A DNA stretch of 63,333 nucleotides, filler included, from Nemertoderma westbladi (GCA_032718475.1; 4 parts of 4 records of this genome joined end to end with filler, not necessarily neighbours in it), one strand, 5' to 3'. Counted from the whole stretch's first letter, positions 1-12,345 are shown. Made by a program: numbers and translations. The notes: generated from the letters alone by a model not told the origin.

Positions 1-286
1 TATTTAATTATATATTTAGCGACTAAATTGGTGCTAAAATCCCGCTACTCTCAGCTAGTTTTAGCTCCTCTACATGCTAAACAATCGCTAAAACTCTGCT
101 ATTTATTGGGTCGATTTATTCACAGGCTAAAGTGACGCTAAATCAACGATTTTTAGTGGATATTTTCTCCAGCGAATTACCGGATACCATTATCCACTTA
201 TTAGCCGGATATTAATACGCTAAAAACCAAGCTAGCGGGTTTAGCTGGATATTATCCGGATATTAGCCGGATGTGTCTTTGCTGGG
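1..286. mobile_element. Probable right end of a non-autonomous DNA transposon (CMC/EnSpm-like terminus)
   Basis: Short repeated TTAGC/GCTAA/CCGGAT motifs ending in TGTGTCTTTGCTGGG (reverse complement CCCAGCAAAGACAC), which resembles animal EnSpm-type termini. The other end is outside the window. Confidence 0.3.
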
Positions 287-350
287 CAAACAGTCAAGTC
301 AAAAGTCTGCCAAGCCAAGTAACGGTACCTCAGTAGTACATTGGGAGGCC

Positions 351-712
351 GGGAATATGCAGTTTGCAGGTTTGGGGTACCTACACGGCCATTGGATTTT
401 TAATACTGTATGAAACTCGCTGGTTACAGTAGTGGCAGCCTCAACCCTAAAATTTCTTAGATTATGACTTAGGGTTAGGGGTTACATGACAGTTTTAATT
501 ATGGTTGAGGCCTGACCCAACTAACCCCAACCAAAATAATAAACCAAACCATCTTTACAAGAATAAATGGTTATGATAGGCCTATGACAGTAACAGTGGC
601 CTATGACAGTAACAGTATGACAGTGTACCGGTAACTGTATGACTAAAGGTGGTTTGCGACAGTACTGCAGTACAAGTATGAAAAAGTGTAGGTACCGGAA
701 ACTGCATTGAGC
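351..712. mobile_element. MULE/Mutator-type MITE (~360 bp)
   Basis: 9-bp direct repeat TGGGAGGCC at 342-350 and 713-721. Imperfect TIRs (ATGCAGTTT...GGTACCTACAC / GTGTAGGTACC...AAACTGCAT). Internal TTAGGGTTAGGG motif. Confidence 0.6.
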
Positions 713-882
713 TGGGAGGCCTGTTCCAGCTGTAGGCCTACTGCACTATAGCTGTCTGGCTGTAGTTCAGACGAGTGAACACTCCTCTCAGTTCAACAGA
801 CCACTACAGCTCGATCTACCCGCTGTCACGGCCTATAAAACTGGATAATAAACACGGTGAAGGTGAACTAGTGAAGGTGGAC

Positions 883-1923
883 ATGGTGGCTGTTACTTGG
901 ATCCCCCGCATTATCATACGATCCGGTAACGTTCCTAGATTTGGGATCGGTTCTACTCCATTCCCAGCCCGTAACTATTCGCAATCACCGACTGATTCTG
1001 TTCAATTCGTTGACATTGTTAACTTAGAGGAAGTTAGAAATGATGACGGGTGTCTTACGTACAAGAGTACACACAAGATGCCGACAGATAAATGGCTCCG
1101 TGTCTATGGTGGTCAGCTTATAGCACAGGCCCTAATGGCGGCTTATAGATCGACGAACACAGACATCGAAAGTCCAGATGCATTGCTATGCAACTCGTTC
1201 TATATATCCTTCAATAGACCACCCGACCCGCAAAATAAAGTTACCTACAAAGTTGAGTCCATAAAAGACGGCCTGACATTAAAATCCCGAATAGTTCAGG
1301 GTTTACAAGGGGTTAAACCCGTGGTTACCATGACTGCTAGTTTCCATGTAAAGGAACCGATGGAGCCAGACAGGGAAGCGAGTTATTCAATGCCAAAAGT
1401 TCCTATGCCTGAAGAATTAAAGGACTACAATGTGTGCGTAGATGAGGTAATAGAGACAGGTATTTTCTCAAAGGGCCTGGAAGCGTTTACAAAGAATAGC
1501 AAGTACCTTTCTATTTTATTTGGTTTGGATATGAAACCTTGCGATCCAAATAAATTCGTTCTTGCGTTCACTGAGGAGCTAGAGGCGTATCGGTGTATTT
1601 GGATGCGTATTGCCATGGACACCAAGGCCATGGTTTCTAGTCCTGCTTGGTCTCAACTATTTTTCGCGATGTGGAGCGATTTATTTTTCTTTCAGACTGG
1701 CATGTTACCCATACACAATCAACACGTAAAGGTTCAGACAATGGCCTCTCTGGACCATGCAATGTGGTTTCATCGCGAATTTAACTTCAATGAGTTCTGC
1801 CTCTATGAAATGTTTAGCCCGATTTCCAAGGGTTCTCGCGTGTTCGTTCAAGGCCGACTCTGGTCTAGAACTGGTCATTTGATAGCTTCTTTGTCTCAGG
1901 AAGCGATATATCGTCCAGCATAA
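883..1923 (+). CDS. ACOT8: Acyl-CoA thioesterase II (TesB/ACOT8 family), single ORF
   Basis: Motifs RVYGGQLIAQAL, VTMTASFH, MPKVPMPEEL, WSD, ASLDHAMWFH and GRLWSRTGHLIASLSQE match double-hotdog TesB/ACOT8 proteins. First in-frame ATG is at 883 (the track starts at a GTG, 775). AATAAA at 1981-1986. Confidence 0.9.
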   Translation: MVAVTWIPRIIIRSGNVPRFGIGSTPFPARNYSQSPTDSVQFVDIVNLEEVRNDDGCLTYKSTHKMPTDKWLRVYGGQLIAQALMAAYRSTNTDIESPDALLCNSFYISFNRPPDPQNKVTYKVESIKDGLTLKSRIVQGLQGVKPVVTMTASFHVKEPMEPDREASYSMPKVPMPEELKDYNVCVDEVIETGIFSKGLEAFTKNSKYLSILFGLDMKPCDPNKFVLAFTEELEAYRCIWMRIAMDTKAMVSSPAWSQLFFAMWSDLFFFQTGMLPIHNQHVKVQTMASLDHAMWFHREFNFNEFCLYEMFSPISKGSRVFVQGRLWSRTGHLIASLSQEAIYRPA

Positions 1924-2998
1924 ACTGGTCATTTAATTTGAATAGTTTCTTTGTCTTATGAAATACCTGCAGAGGTGTGGAATAAAAGTAACTTTGAACA
2001 TTTTGCAACCCAACTAAGGCATCTCTCCAAGGAAGGATACTTCGGTGTCGTGTACCATATGACTGCTGCTACCCATTAAACACATTTCTTAATAAATACC
2101 TATCTCAACTCCCTGCCTAATAATAATTTACGTGACATACTTGTTTGGCGAAGTCACTGTCTTATTTATTATTATGTAAATTAATTTAATAGTATAAAAA
2201 TAATGGAAGCAGGACAATTCGGTCCCGGACAATTCGGTCCGGACAATTCGGTCCCATTAATTTTGTGTTTTGGGACCGAATTGTCCGGATACTGACTAGG
2301 ACAATTCGGTCCCAAAACATACATATTAATGGGACCGAATTGTCCGGGACCGAATTTAATTGGTACTATATAATGCTGAATGTTCTAGAACCGTAATAGA
2401 TATTATTATATGGTAGCTAGTAGGGATGTCCCGGAATCGATATTTTGATTCCGGCCGGAACCGGAACCGGAATTCAACATGCCGGAATATTCCGGCCGGA
2501 ACCGGAATTTTCTATAATTAGTGAAATAAACTAAATGACCCAGGAAATTTTATGATTTTTTATGAAACAAATGAATTTTTTTAATTTCTACAGTAAGTTT
2601 GTTAATGAGATGAATCAGAACCTTGGGGGAATTAAGGTGGGTGGAGTGGAGAATGACCTGAGCTGTTTGTTACGGCCTATCGCGTCATTAGGTCCTTTGG
2701 TGCAATATCCTGGTGTCTTTAAGGAATTTGGAGCAGGTTACAGTGACATGTTATTCGAACCAAAACAATAAACGAGGCCAATAGTACATCACATGTTACA
2801 GTTAATTATTGCTGGGAATAAATAGATTTATGGTAAGAAATGGATTTGCTGTAAATAGAAACAAAACTACTATATTATGCAGCACCTACGACGCAGAACT
2901 GAATTAACGACAACTCTATTGTAAGATCAATGAAAAATAATGTAAAATCAATCTAAAAAACGCCATTTTATAAGCAAATTGGAAAAACCACCCGCTAA

Positions 2999-3319
2999 GG
3001 TCCGTGCTCCACTGGTAAGTCTTATGTAGTCTTAGTCAGAATAAATTATGGAACACATTATTGGTTCCTCAATGGGAGCGTCTCCACTGGTAAATCGTAA
3101 GTTACGACTGTGATTATGTCCCATGTTCCATCTTTTGACATATGAATCATGTGTTATATCCGGCAAGAGGCCTGTGATTGGTTACTTTGGGTATAATAAA
3201 TATGCAGTAAATGTGAGTCGCACCTTATTTTTTTTCTCAAATGACTTATGACTTGTGTTACCAATGGAGCAAGGGGGCATTCATTAATCTGAAAACGACT
3301 TAACAGTGTAGCACGGGCC
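2999..3319. mobile_element. PIF/Harbinger-like MITE inside the hAT element
   Basis: Imperfect 23-bp TIR GGTCCGTGCTCCACTGGTAAGTC / GACTTAACAGTGTAGCACGGGCC, preceded by TAA. The right-hand TSD is not intact. Confidence 0.5.
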
Positions 3320-3566
3320 TCCTAATGAGGCATTTTATAAAATATCTTCAGAACGACAAAGGGTTTAATTAGTTAATGTAAATTAAAAGGGTTATTTTGA
3401 ATTGAATTGTATATGAATACTACTTAGTGGTGTAACAGATGGTGGGACAATTTAGTTTGATTACAAGGTAAAAAAATTTTGGAAATGTGATACATACCCA
3501 TCAAGACTGAATTCACTGTATTAAACAGGGTGGCTGTGAATTTTCCCTCGTTAGATAGGTTAGTTA

Positions 3567-3765
3567 GGTTCCACCTTGGTGTAGTGGTTGCATTGAATTC
3601 CAATCTATCTGGAGGTCGTGGGTTCGATCCCTGCATGTGGGCCAAGGCAGTTTCGATTCCGCACGAATGGTTTGAAGGGGCTAACCAGGGGGCATCTATG
3701 CCTTGCATCCAAATGTTAGCTCTAACGCTTAACGGTCGAAGAAAACTTTATTTCTATACTTTTTT
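3567..3765 (+). mobile_element. tRNA-derived SINE inside the hAT element
   Basis: Pol III A box TGGTGTAGTGG (~3578-3587) and B box GGTTCGATCCC (3621-3631) at tRNA spacing, non-tRNA body, AT-rich ACTTTA/TATACT tail. Confidence 0.6.
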
Positions 3766-6700
3766 ACAAGTGTTGAAAAGTATCTTAAACTAATTGGTAA
3801 TATTGTTTAAAAAATATATAAATGTTGATAATAATTTAACAAACTAATTGCAGCTATTAAACTAGATATGAACCTTGTAATTCCGGTAAAATTCCGGCCG
3901 GAATTGACCCCATTCCGGCAATTCCGGCCGGAACCGGAATCGGGCAAAAACCGCCGGAATTCCGGCCGGAACGGAATTCCGGGACATCCCTAGTAGCTAG
4001 TGTTTTTTTACTAACTAGTATTTTTTTTTTTTAATATAACAATTTTACTTTCACTAGAAATAAGTCGTCAGACTTTGTGCACAATCCCTGGCCTAGCGGC
4101 CGAAGAAAATTTACTTTTTTTTTTACTTTTAGTAATAGTATGTTTTTAAAATGTTTAAAACTAATTTGTTATATATACTATACAGTATTGTGTATGTATA
4201 TGTGTTGTTGGTTGATTCACAAGCCTTAATTATTATCCTGGATAATAGCTGGATCTCATTCAAGGGACACTTTGCTGAATTTAGATTTAAAAACTGTACT
4301 GCCACACGATCTTCTGTTCAGCTTAAACTGTTATAATATCATTAATATTTTTGGTAATTAATATATTCTGCAACAGTTTAGCCCTAATTATGAAGTATCA
4401 ATGTTTTCACGAATTTTTTTATAATTTCAAGAAAATACTAGCTACAGTACAATAGTAAAAGAAACACTAGCTACACCTTAATAAATAATATATAATAATG
4501 TTCTCGAACACTTACCAATAACAAAAATAAAAAAAATACAGTATTTTTAAAATTAAAAAAATTCTAGCTAGTAAAAAAACACTAGATACCATAAAACAAT
4601 ATATCTACTAATGTTCTAGAACATTCACCAATATCAAAAAAGCACTACAAAGTTGCTATCAGGAACCGGACAATTCGGTCCTAGGACAATTCGGTCCCGG
4701 ACAATTCGGTCCCATTTATTTAGTGTTTTGGGACCGAATTGTCCGGGACCGAATTGTCCGGACCGAATTGTCCGGGACCGAATTGTCCGGACCGAATTGT
4801 CCGGGACCGAATTGTCCGGGACCGAATTGTCCTACATCCAAAAATAATCCAATTATACATAAAAAAAAGCCTTGATGAGATCTTCATCATACAGTATCAG
4901 AAATCATAGTTTTTAACACGAAATGCTCCCTCCCAGGATTTAGTCTCATGTGACTTAATTGGCTTAATATTTTTCCAAAGGTAACTTAGTAATTGACGTA
5001 ATATTTTTCCAGAGGTGACTTAATTAACGTAATATTTTTCAAGAGGTGACTTAATTGACTTAATATTTTACTAAAGGTAACTTAATAGTTGACGTAATAT
5101 TTTTCCAGAGGTGACTTAATTAACGTAATATTTTTCAAGAGGTGACTTAATTGACGTAATATTTTTCCAAAGGTAACTTAATAATTGACGTAATATTTTT
5201 CCAGAGGTGACTTAATTGACGTAATATTTTTCCCAAGGTGACTTAATTTGACGTAATATTTTTCCAAAGGTGACTTAATTTGACGTAATATTTTTCCAAA
5301 GGTAACTTAATTGACATAATATTTTTCTAAAGGAAACTTAATAATTGACGTAATATTTTTCCAGAAGTGACTTAATTAACGTAATATTTTTCAAGAGGTG
5401 ACTTAATTGACGTAATATTTTTCCAAAGGTGACTTAATTGACGTAATATTTTTCCAAAGGTAACTTAATAATTGACGTAATAGTTTTCCAGAAGTGACTT
5501 AATTGACGTAATATTTTTCCAAAGGTAACTTAATAATTGACGTAATATTTTTCCCAAGGTGACTTAATTTGACGTAATATTTTTCCAAAGGTGACTTCAT
5601 TGACGTAATATTTTTCCAAAGGTAACTTAATAATTGACGTAATATTTTTCCCAAGGTGACTTAATTTGACGTAATATTTTTCCAAAGGTAACTTAATAAT
5701 TGACGTAATAGTTTTCCAGAAGTGACTTAATTGACGTAATATTTTTCCAAAGGTGACTTAATTGACGTAATATTTTTCCAAAGGTAACTTAATAATTGAC
5801 GTAATATTTTTCCAGAGGTGACTTAATTGACGTAATATTTTTCCAGAGGTGACTTAATTGACGTAATATTTTTCCCAAGGTGACTTAATTTGACGTAATA
5901 TTTTTCCAAAGGTGACTTAATTTGACGTAATATTTTTCCAAAGGTGACTTGATTGACATAATATTTTTCTAAAGGAAACTTAATAATTGACGTAATATTT
6001 TTCCAGAAGTGACTTAATTAACGTAATATTTTTCAAGAGGTGACTTAATTGACGTGATATTTTTCCAGAGGTGACTTAATTGACGTAATATTTTTCCAAA
6101 GGTAACTTAATAATTGACGTAATAGTTTTCCAGAAGTGACTTAATTGACGTAATATTTTTCCAAAGGTAACTTAATAATTGACGTAATATTTTTCCCAAG
6201 GTGACTTAATTTGACGTAATATTTTTCCAAAGGTGACTTAATTGACGTAATATTTTTCCAAAGGTAACTTAATAATTGACGTAATATTTTTCCCAAGGTG
6301 ACTTAATTTGACGTAATATTTTTCCAAAGGTAACTTAATAATTGACGTAATAGTTTTCCAGAAGTGACTTAATTGACGTAATAGTTTTCCAGAAGTGACT
6401 TAATTGACGTAATATTTTTCCAGAAGTGACTTAATTTGACGTAATATTTTTCCAAAGGTGACTTGATTGACGTAATATTTTTCCAAAGGTAACTTAATTG
6501 ACGTAATATTTTTCCAAAGGTAACTTAATAATTGAAGTAATATTTTTCCAGAGGTGACTTAATTGACGTGATATTTTTCCAGAGGTGACTTAATTGACGT
6601 AATATTTTTCCAAAGGTAACTTAATAATTGAAGTAATATTTTTCCAGAGGTGACTTAATTGACGTAATATTTTTCCAAAGGTAACTTAATATTTGAAGTA

Positions 6701-9668
6701 ATATTTTTCCAGAGGTGACTTAATTGACGTGATATTTTTCCAGAGGTGACTTAATTGACGTAATATTTTTCCAAAGGTAACTTAATAATTGAAGTAATAT
6801 TTTTCCAGAGGTGACTTAATTGACGTAATATTTTTCCAAAGGTAACTTAATAATTGAAGTAATATTTTTCCAGAGGTGACTTAATTGACGTGATATTTTT
6901 CCAAAGGTAACTTAATTGACGTAATATTTTTCCAAAGGTAACTTAATAATTGACGTAATAGTTTTCCAGAGGTGACTTAATTGACGTAATATTTTTCCAG
7001 AGGTGACTTGATTGACGTAATATTTTTCCAAAGGTAACTTAATTGACGTAATATTTTTCCAAAGGTAACTTAATAATTGACGTAATAGTTTTCCAGAGGT
7101 GACTTAATTGACGTAATATTTTTCCAAAGGCAACTTAATAATTGACGTAATAGTTTTCCAGAAGTGACTTAATTGACGTGATATTTTTCCAGAGGTGACT
7201 TAATTGACGTGATATTTTTCCAAAGGTGACTTAATTGACGTGATATTTTTCCAAAGGTGACTTAATTGACGTGATATTTTTCCAAAGGTGACTTAATTGA
7301 CGTAATATTTTTCCAAAGGTAACTTAATAATTGACGTAATATTTTTCCAGAGGTGACTTAATTGACGTGATATTTTTCCAGAGGTGACTTAATTGACGTA
7401 ATATTTTTCCAAAGGTAACTTAATAATTGACGTAATATTTTTCCAGAGGTGACTTAATTGACGTGATATTTTTCCAGAGGTGACTTAATTGACGTGATAT
7501 TTTTCCAGAGGTGACTTAATTGACGTGATATTTTTCCAGAGGTGACTTAATTGACGTGATATTTTTCCAAAGGTGACTTAATTGACGTAATATTTTTCCA
7601 AAGGCAACTTAATAATTGACGTAATAGTTTTCCAGAAGTGACTTAATTGACGTGATATTTTTCCAGAGGTGACTTAATTGACGTGATATTTTTCCAAAGG
7701 TGACTTAATTGACGTGATATTTTTCCAAAGGTGACTTGATTGACATAATATTTTTCTAAAGGAAACTTAATAATTGACGTAATATTTTTCCAGAAGTGAC
7801 TTAATTAACGTAATATTTTTCAAGAGGTGACTTAATTGACGTAATATTTTCCAGAAGTGACTTAATTGACGTAATAGTTTTCCAGAAGTGACTTAATTGA
7901 CGTGATATTTTTCCAGAGGTGACTTAATTGACGCGATATTTTTCCAAAGGTGACTTAATTGACGTGATATTTTTCCAAAGGTGACTTAATTGACGTGATA
8001 TTTTTCCAAAGGTGACTTGATTGACATAATATTTTTCTAAAGGAAACTTAATAATTGACGTAATATTTTTCCAGAAGTGACTTAATTAACGTAATATTTT
8101 TCAAGAGGTGACTTAATTGACGTGATATTTTTCCAGAGGTGACTTAATTGACGTGATATTTTTCCAAAGGTGACTTAATTGACGTGATATTTTTCCAAAG
8201 GTGACTTGATTGACATAATATTTTTCTAAAGGAAACTTAATAATTGACGTAATATTTTTCCAGAAGTGACTTAATTAACGTAATATTTTTCCAGAAGTGA
8301 CTTAATTGACGTGATATTTTTCCAGAGGTGACTTAATTGACGTGATATTTTTCCAAAGGTGACTTAATTGACGTGATATTTTTCCAAAGGTGACTTGATT
8401 GACATAATATTTTTCTAAAGGAAACTTAATAATTGACGTAATATTTTTCCAGAAGTGACTTAATTAACGTAATATTTTTCAAGAGGTGACTTAATTGACG
8501 TGATATTTTTCCAGAGGTGACTTAATTGACGTGATATTTTTCCAGAGGTGACTTAATTAACGTAATATTTTTCAAGAGGTGACTTAATTGACGTGATATT
8601 TTTCCAGAGGTGACTTAATTGACGTGATATTTTTCCAAAGGTGACTTAATTGACGTGATATTTTTCCAAAGGTGACTTAATTGACGTAATATTTTTCCAA
8701 AGGTGACTTGATTGACATAATATTTTTCTAAAGGAAACTTAATAATTGACGTAATATTTTTCCAGAAGTGACTTAATTAACGTAATATTTTTCAAGAGGT
8801 GACTTAATTGACGTGATATTTTTCCAGAGGTGACTTAATTGACGTGATATTTTTCCAAAGGTGACTTAATTGACGTAATATTTTTCCAAAGGTAACTTAA
8901 TAATTGACGTAATATTTTTCCAGAGGTGACTTAATTGACGTGATATTTTTCCAGAGGTGACTTAATTGACGTGATATTTTTCCAGAGGTGACTTAATTGA
9001 CGTGATATTTTTCCAGAGGTGACTTAATTGGCGTAATATTTTTCCAGAGGTGACTTAATTGACGTAATATTTTTCCAAAGGTGACTTAATTGACGTAATA
9101 TTTTTCTAAAGGTGACTTAATTGACGTAATATTTTTCTAAAGGTAACTTAATAATTGACGTAATAGTTTTCCAGAGGTGACTTAATTAACGTAATATTTT
9201 TCAAGAGGTGACTTAATTGACGTAATATTTTTCCAGAGGTGACTTAATTGGCGTAATATTTTTCCAGAGGTGACTTAATTGGCGTAATATTTTTCCAGAG
9301 GTGACTTAATTGACGATATAATTTTCCAAAGGTGACTTAATTGACGTAATATTTTTCCAAAGGTGACTTAATTGACGTAATATTTTTCTAAAGGTGACTT
9401 AATTGACGTAATATTTTTCCAAAGGTAACTTAATAATTGCCGTAATATTTTTCCAGAAGTGACTTAATTAACGTAATATTTTTCCCAAGGTGACTTAATT
9501 TGACGTAATATTTTTCCAAAGGTGGCTTAATTGACGTAATATTTTTCCCAAGGCGACTTAATTTGACGTAATATTTTTCCAAAGGTGACTTAATTGACGT
9601 AATATTTTTCCAAAGGTGACTTAATTGACGTAATATTTTTCCAAAGGTAACTTAATAATTGACGTAAT

Positions 9669-9900
9669 CTGCTCCAACTCCCTCTGCCTGCGTGGTGGGC
9701 GGCGCCCATGGCGGGCACTGGGCTTTGGGGACGGTGCGGGGTTGCGGGGCTCCGATCTACCCGATCGGTATTAACCGATCTCGTATTTACATCGTTTGTG
9801 ACTTTAGATAGGTAATATAATATAGATTAATTATTTAGGCTATTTAATAAACAACTTTTTACTATGGATATTCATAATAATTATTTGATCTAATTGTTGT
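9669..9900. repeat. 232-bp non-satellite insert, copy 1 (GC-rich half then AT-rich half)
   Basis: Same sequence as 10672-10903. Flanked on both sides by TTAATAATTGACGTAAT. Confidence 0.9.
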
Positions 9901-10671
9901 TTAATAATTGACGTAATAGTTTTCCACAGGTGACTTAATTGACGTGATATTTTTCCAGAGGTGACTTAATTGACGTGATATTTTTCCAGAGGTGACTTAA
10001 TTGACGTGATATTTTTCCAGAGGTTACTTAATTGACGTAATATTTTTCCAAAGGTAACTTAATAATTGACGTAATAGTTTTCCAGAAGTGACTTAATTGA
10101 CGTAATATTTTTCCAGAGGTGACTTTGACGTAATATTTTTCCAGAGGTGACTTAATTGACGTGATATTTTCCAAAGGTGACTTAATTGACGTAATATTTT
10201 TCCAAAGGTAACTTAATAATTGACGTAATAGTTTTCCAGAAGTGACTTAATTGGCGTAATATTTTTCCAGAGGTGACTTAATTGGCGTAATATTTTTCCA
10301 GAGGTGACTTAATTGACGATATAATTTTCCAAAGGTGACTTAATTGACGTAATATTTTTCCAAAGGTGACTTAATTGACGTAATATTTTTCTAAAGGTGA
10401 CTTAATTGACGTAATATTTTTCCAAAGGTAACTTAATAATTGCCGTAATATTTTTCCAGAAGTGACTTAATTAACGTAATATTTTTCCCAAGGTGACTTA
10501 ATTTGACGTAATATTTTTCCAAAGGTGGCTTAATTGACGTAATATTTTTCCCAAGGCGACTTAATTTGACGTAATATTTTTCCAAAGGTGACTTAATTGA
10601 CGTAATATTTTTCCAAAGGTGACTTAATTGACGTAATATTTTTCCAAAGGTAACTTAATAATTGACGTAAT

Positions 10672-10903
10672 CTGCTCCAACTCCCTCTGCCTGCGTGGTG
10701 GGCGGCGCCCATGGCGGGCACTGGGCTTTGGGGACGGTGCGGGGTTGCGGGGCTCCGATCTACCCGATCGGTATTAACCGATCTCGTATTTACATCGTTT
10801 GTGACTTTAGATAGGTAATATAATATAGATTAATTATTTAGGCTATTTAATAAACAACTTTTTACTATGGATATTCATAATAATTATTTGATCTAATTGT
10901 TGT
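10672..10903. repeat. 232-bp non-satellite insert, copy 2 (part of a 1003-bp tandem duplication)
   Basis: Offset 1003 bp from copy 1. Flanking satellite variants (TTGGCGTAAT, GACGATATAAT, GGTGGCTT) recur at the same offset. Confidence 0.9.
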
Positions 10904-12039
10904 TTAATAATTGACGTAATAGTTTTCCACAGGTGACTTAATTGACGTGATATTTTTCCAGAGGTGACTTAATTGACGTGATATTTTTCCAGAGGTGACT
11001 TAATTGACGTGATATTTTTCCAGAGGTTACTTAATTGACGTAATATTTTTCCAAAGGTAACTTAATAATTGACGTAATAGTTTTCCAGAAGTGACTTAAT
11101 TGACGTAATATTTTTCCAGAGGTGACTTTGACGTAATATTTTTCCAGAGGTGACTTAATTGACGTGATATTTTCCAAAGGTGACTTAATTGACGTAATAT
11201 TTTTCCAAAGGTAACTTAATAATTGACGTAATAGTTTTCCAGAAGTGACTTAATTGACGTAATATTTTTCCAGAGGTGACTTAATTGACGTGATATTTTT
11301 CCAGAGGTGACTTAATTGACGTAATATTTTTCCAAAGGTAACTTAATAATTGACGTAATAGTTTTCCAGAAGTGACTTAATTGACGTAATATTTTTCCAA
11401 AGGTAACTTAATAATTGACGTAATAGTTTTCCAGAAGTGACTTAATTGACGTAATATTTTTCCAGAGGTGACTTAATTGACGTAATATTTTTCCAGAGGT
11501 GACTTAATTTACGTAATAATTTTCCAGAGGTGACTTAATTGACGTGATATTTTTCCAGCGGTGACTTAATTGACGTAATATTTTTCCAAAGGTAACTTAA
11601 TAATTGACGTAATAGTTTTCCAGAAGTGACTTAATTGACGTAATATTTTTCCAGAGGTGACTTAATTGACGTGATATTTTTCCAGAGGTGACTTAATTGA
11701 CGTAATATTTTTCCAAAGGTAACTTAATAATTGACGTAATAGTTTTCCAGAAGTGACTTAATTGACGTAATATTTTTCCAGAGGTGACTTAATTGACGTA
11801 ATATTTTTCCAAAGGTAACTTAATAATTGACGTAATATTTTCCAGAAGTGACTTAATTGACGTAATATTTTTCCAGAGGTGACTTAATTGACGTAATATT
11901 TTTCCAGAGGTGACTTAATTGACGTAATATTTTTCCAGAGGTGACATAATTGACGTGATATTTTCCAGATGCTAGAGGTGCCTGAAAAGAAATAAATTAC
12001 TATGGCCTCAATCATCCAACGATGTTATTATTAACTTTA

Positions 12040-12165
12040 GTTTATTGTTTTGGTTAGAATAACGTGCCACTGTAACCTGTTCCTTTCCGCTAATTCGTAA
12101 TTTCACATTGTGGCGAAATATTTATTCGCCGAAATAGGATTTGCGTCCAGTTTACCCCCTGTCTC
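12040..12165. repeat. Copy of a dispersed MITE-like family carrying GTTTATTGTTTTGGTT
   Basis: Related to 2730-2777, ~14695-14795, ~27920-27965, 56094-56220 and 58438-58485. Shared core GGAGCAGGTTACAGTGGC...AACCAAAACAATAAAC. Confidence 0.7.
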
Positions 12166-12345
12166 GCTTTGCTGAATGCTGATTCAACATTCCTAAAAGT
12201 AAGATAATTTATAATCTCGGGCGAGAATATAAATTTATTACTGATACTGGTATTGTTTAGAGTAGGTCTAGTCTAATCTAGTGTCATCGCTACATAGCGA
12301 TCTCGTATCTGTAGTAGATATCGCAATTATGTAGTACCTTTCCCG

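Larger units (their letters stand above)
2421..3992. mobile_element. Non-autonomous hAT element nested in the left arm of the MULE
   Basis: Perfect 17-bp TIR TAGGGATGTCCCGGAAT / ATTCCGGGACATCCCTA. Perfect 8-bp TSD GTAGCTAG (2413-2420, 3993-4000). Subterminal CCGGAA repeats. No transposase ORF. Confidence 0.9.
2205..4839. mobile_element. Non-autonomous MULE/Foldback-like transposon with long TIRs and 14-15-bp subterminal repeats (GGACAATTCGGTCCC)
   Basis: 9-bp TSD AAAAATAAT at 2196-2204 and 4840-4848. Termini GGAAGCAGGACAATTCGGTCC / GGACCGAATTGTCCTACATCC. Inverted similarity continues internally (2375-2420 joined to 4001-4020 versus 4565-4630). Confidence 0.85.
4950..11968. repeat. Satellite with a 31-bp monomer GGTGACTTAATTGACGTAATATTTTTCCAGA and 32/34-bp variants, roughly 200 copies
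   Basis: Directly visible tandem array, interrupted twice by the same 232-bp insert. Confidence 0.98.

Noticed and set aside
443-531. TTAGGGTTAGGG as telomere or interstitial telomere
   Set aside because: Only two units, inside a TSD-flanked MITE.
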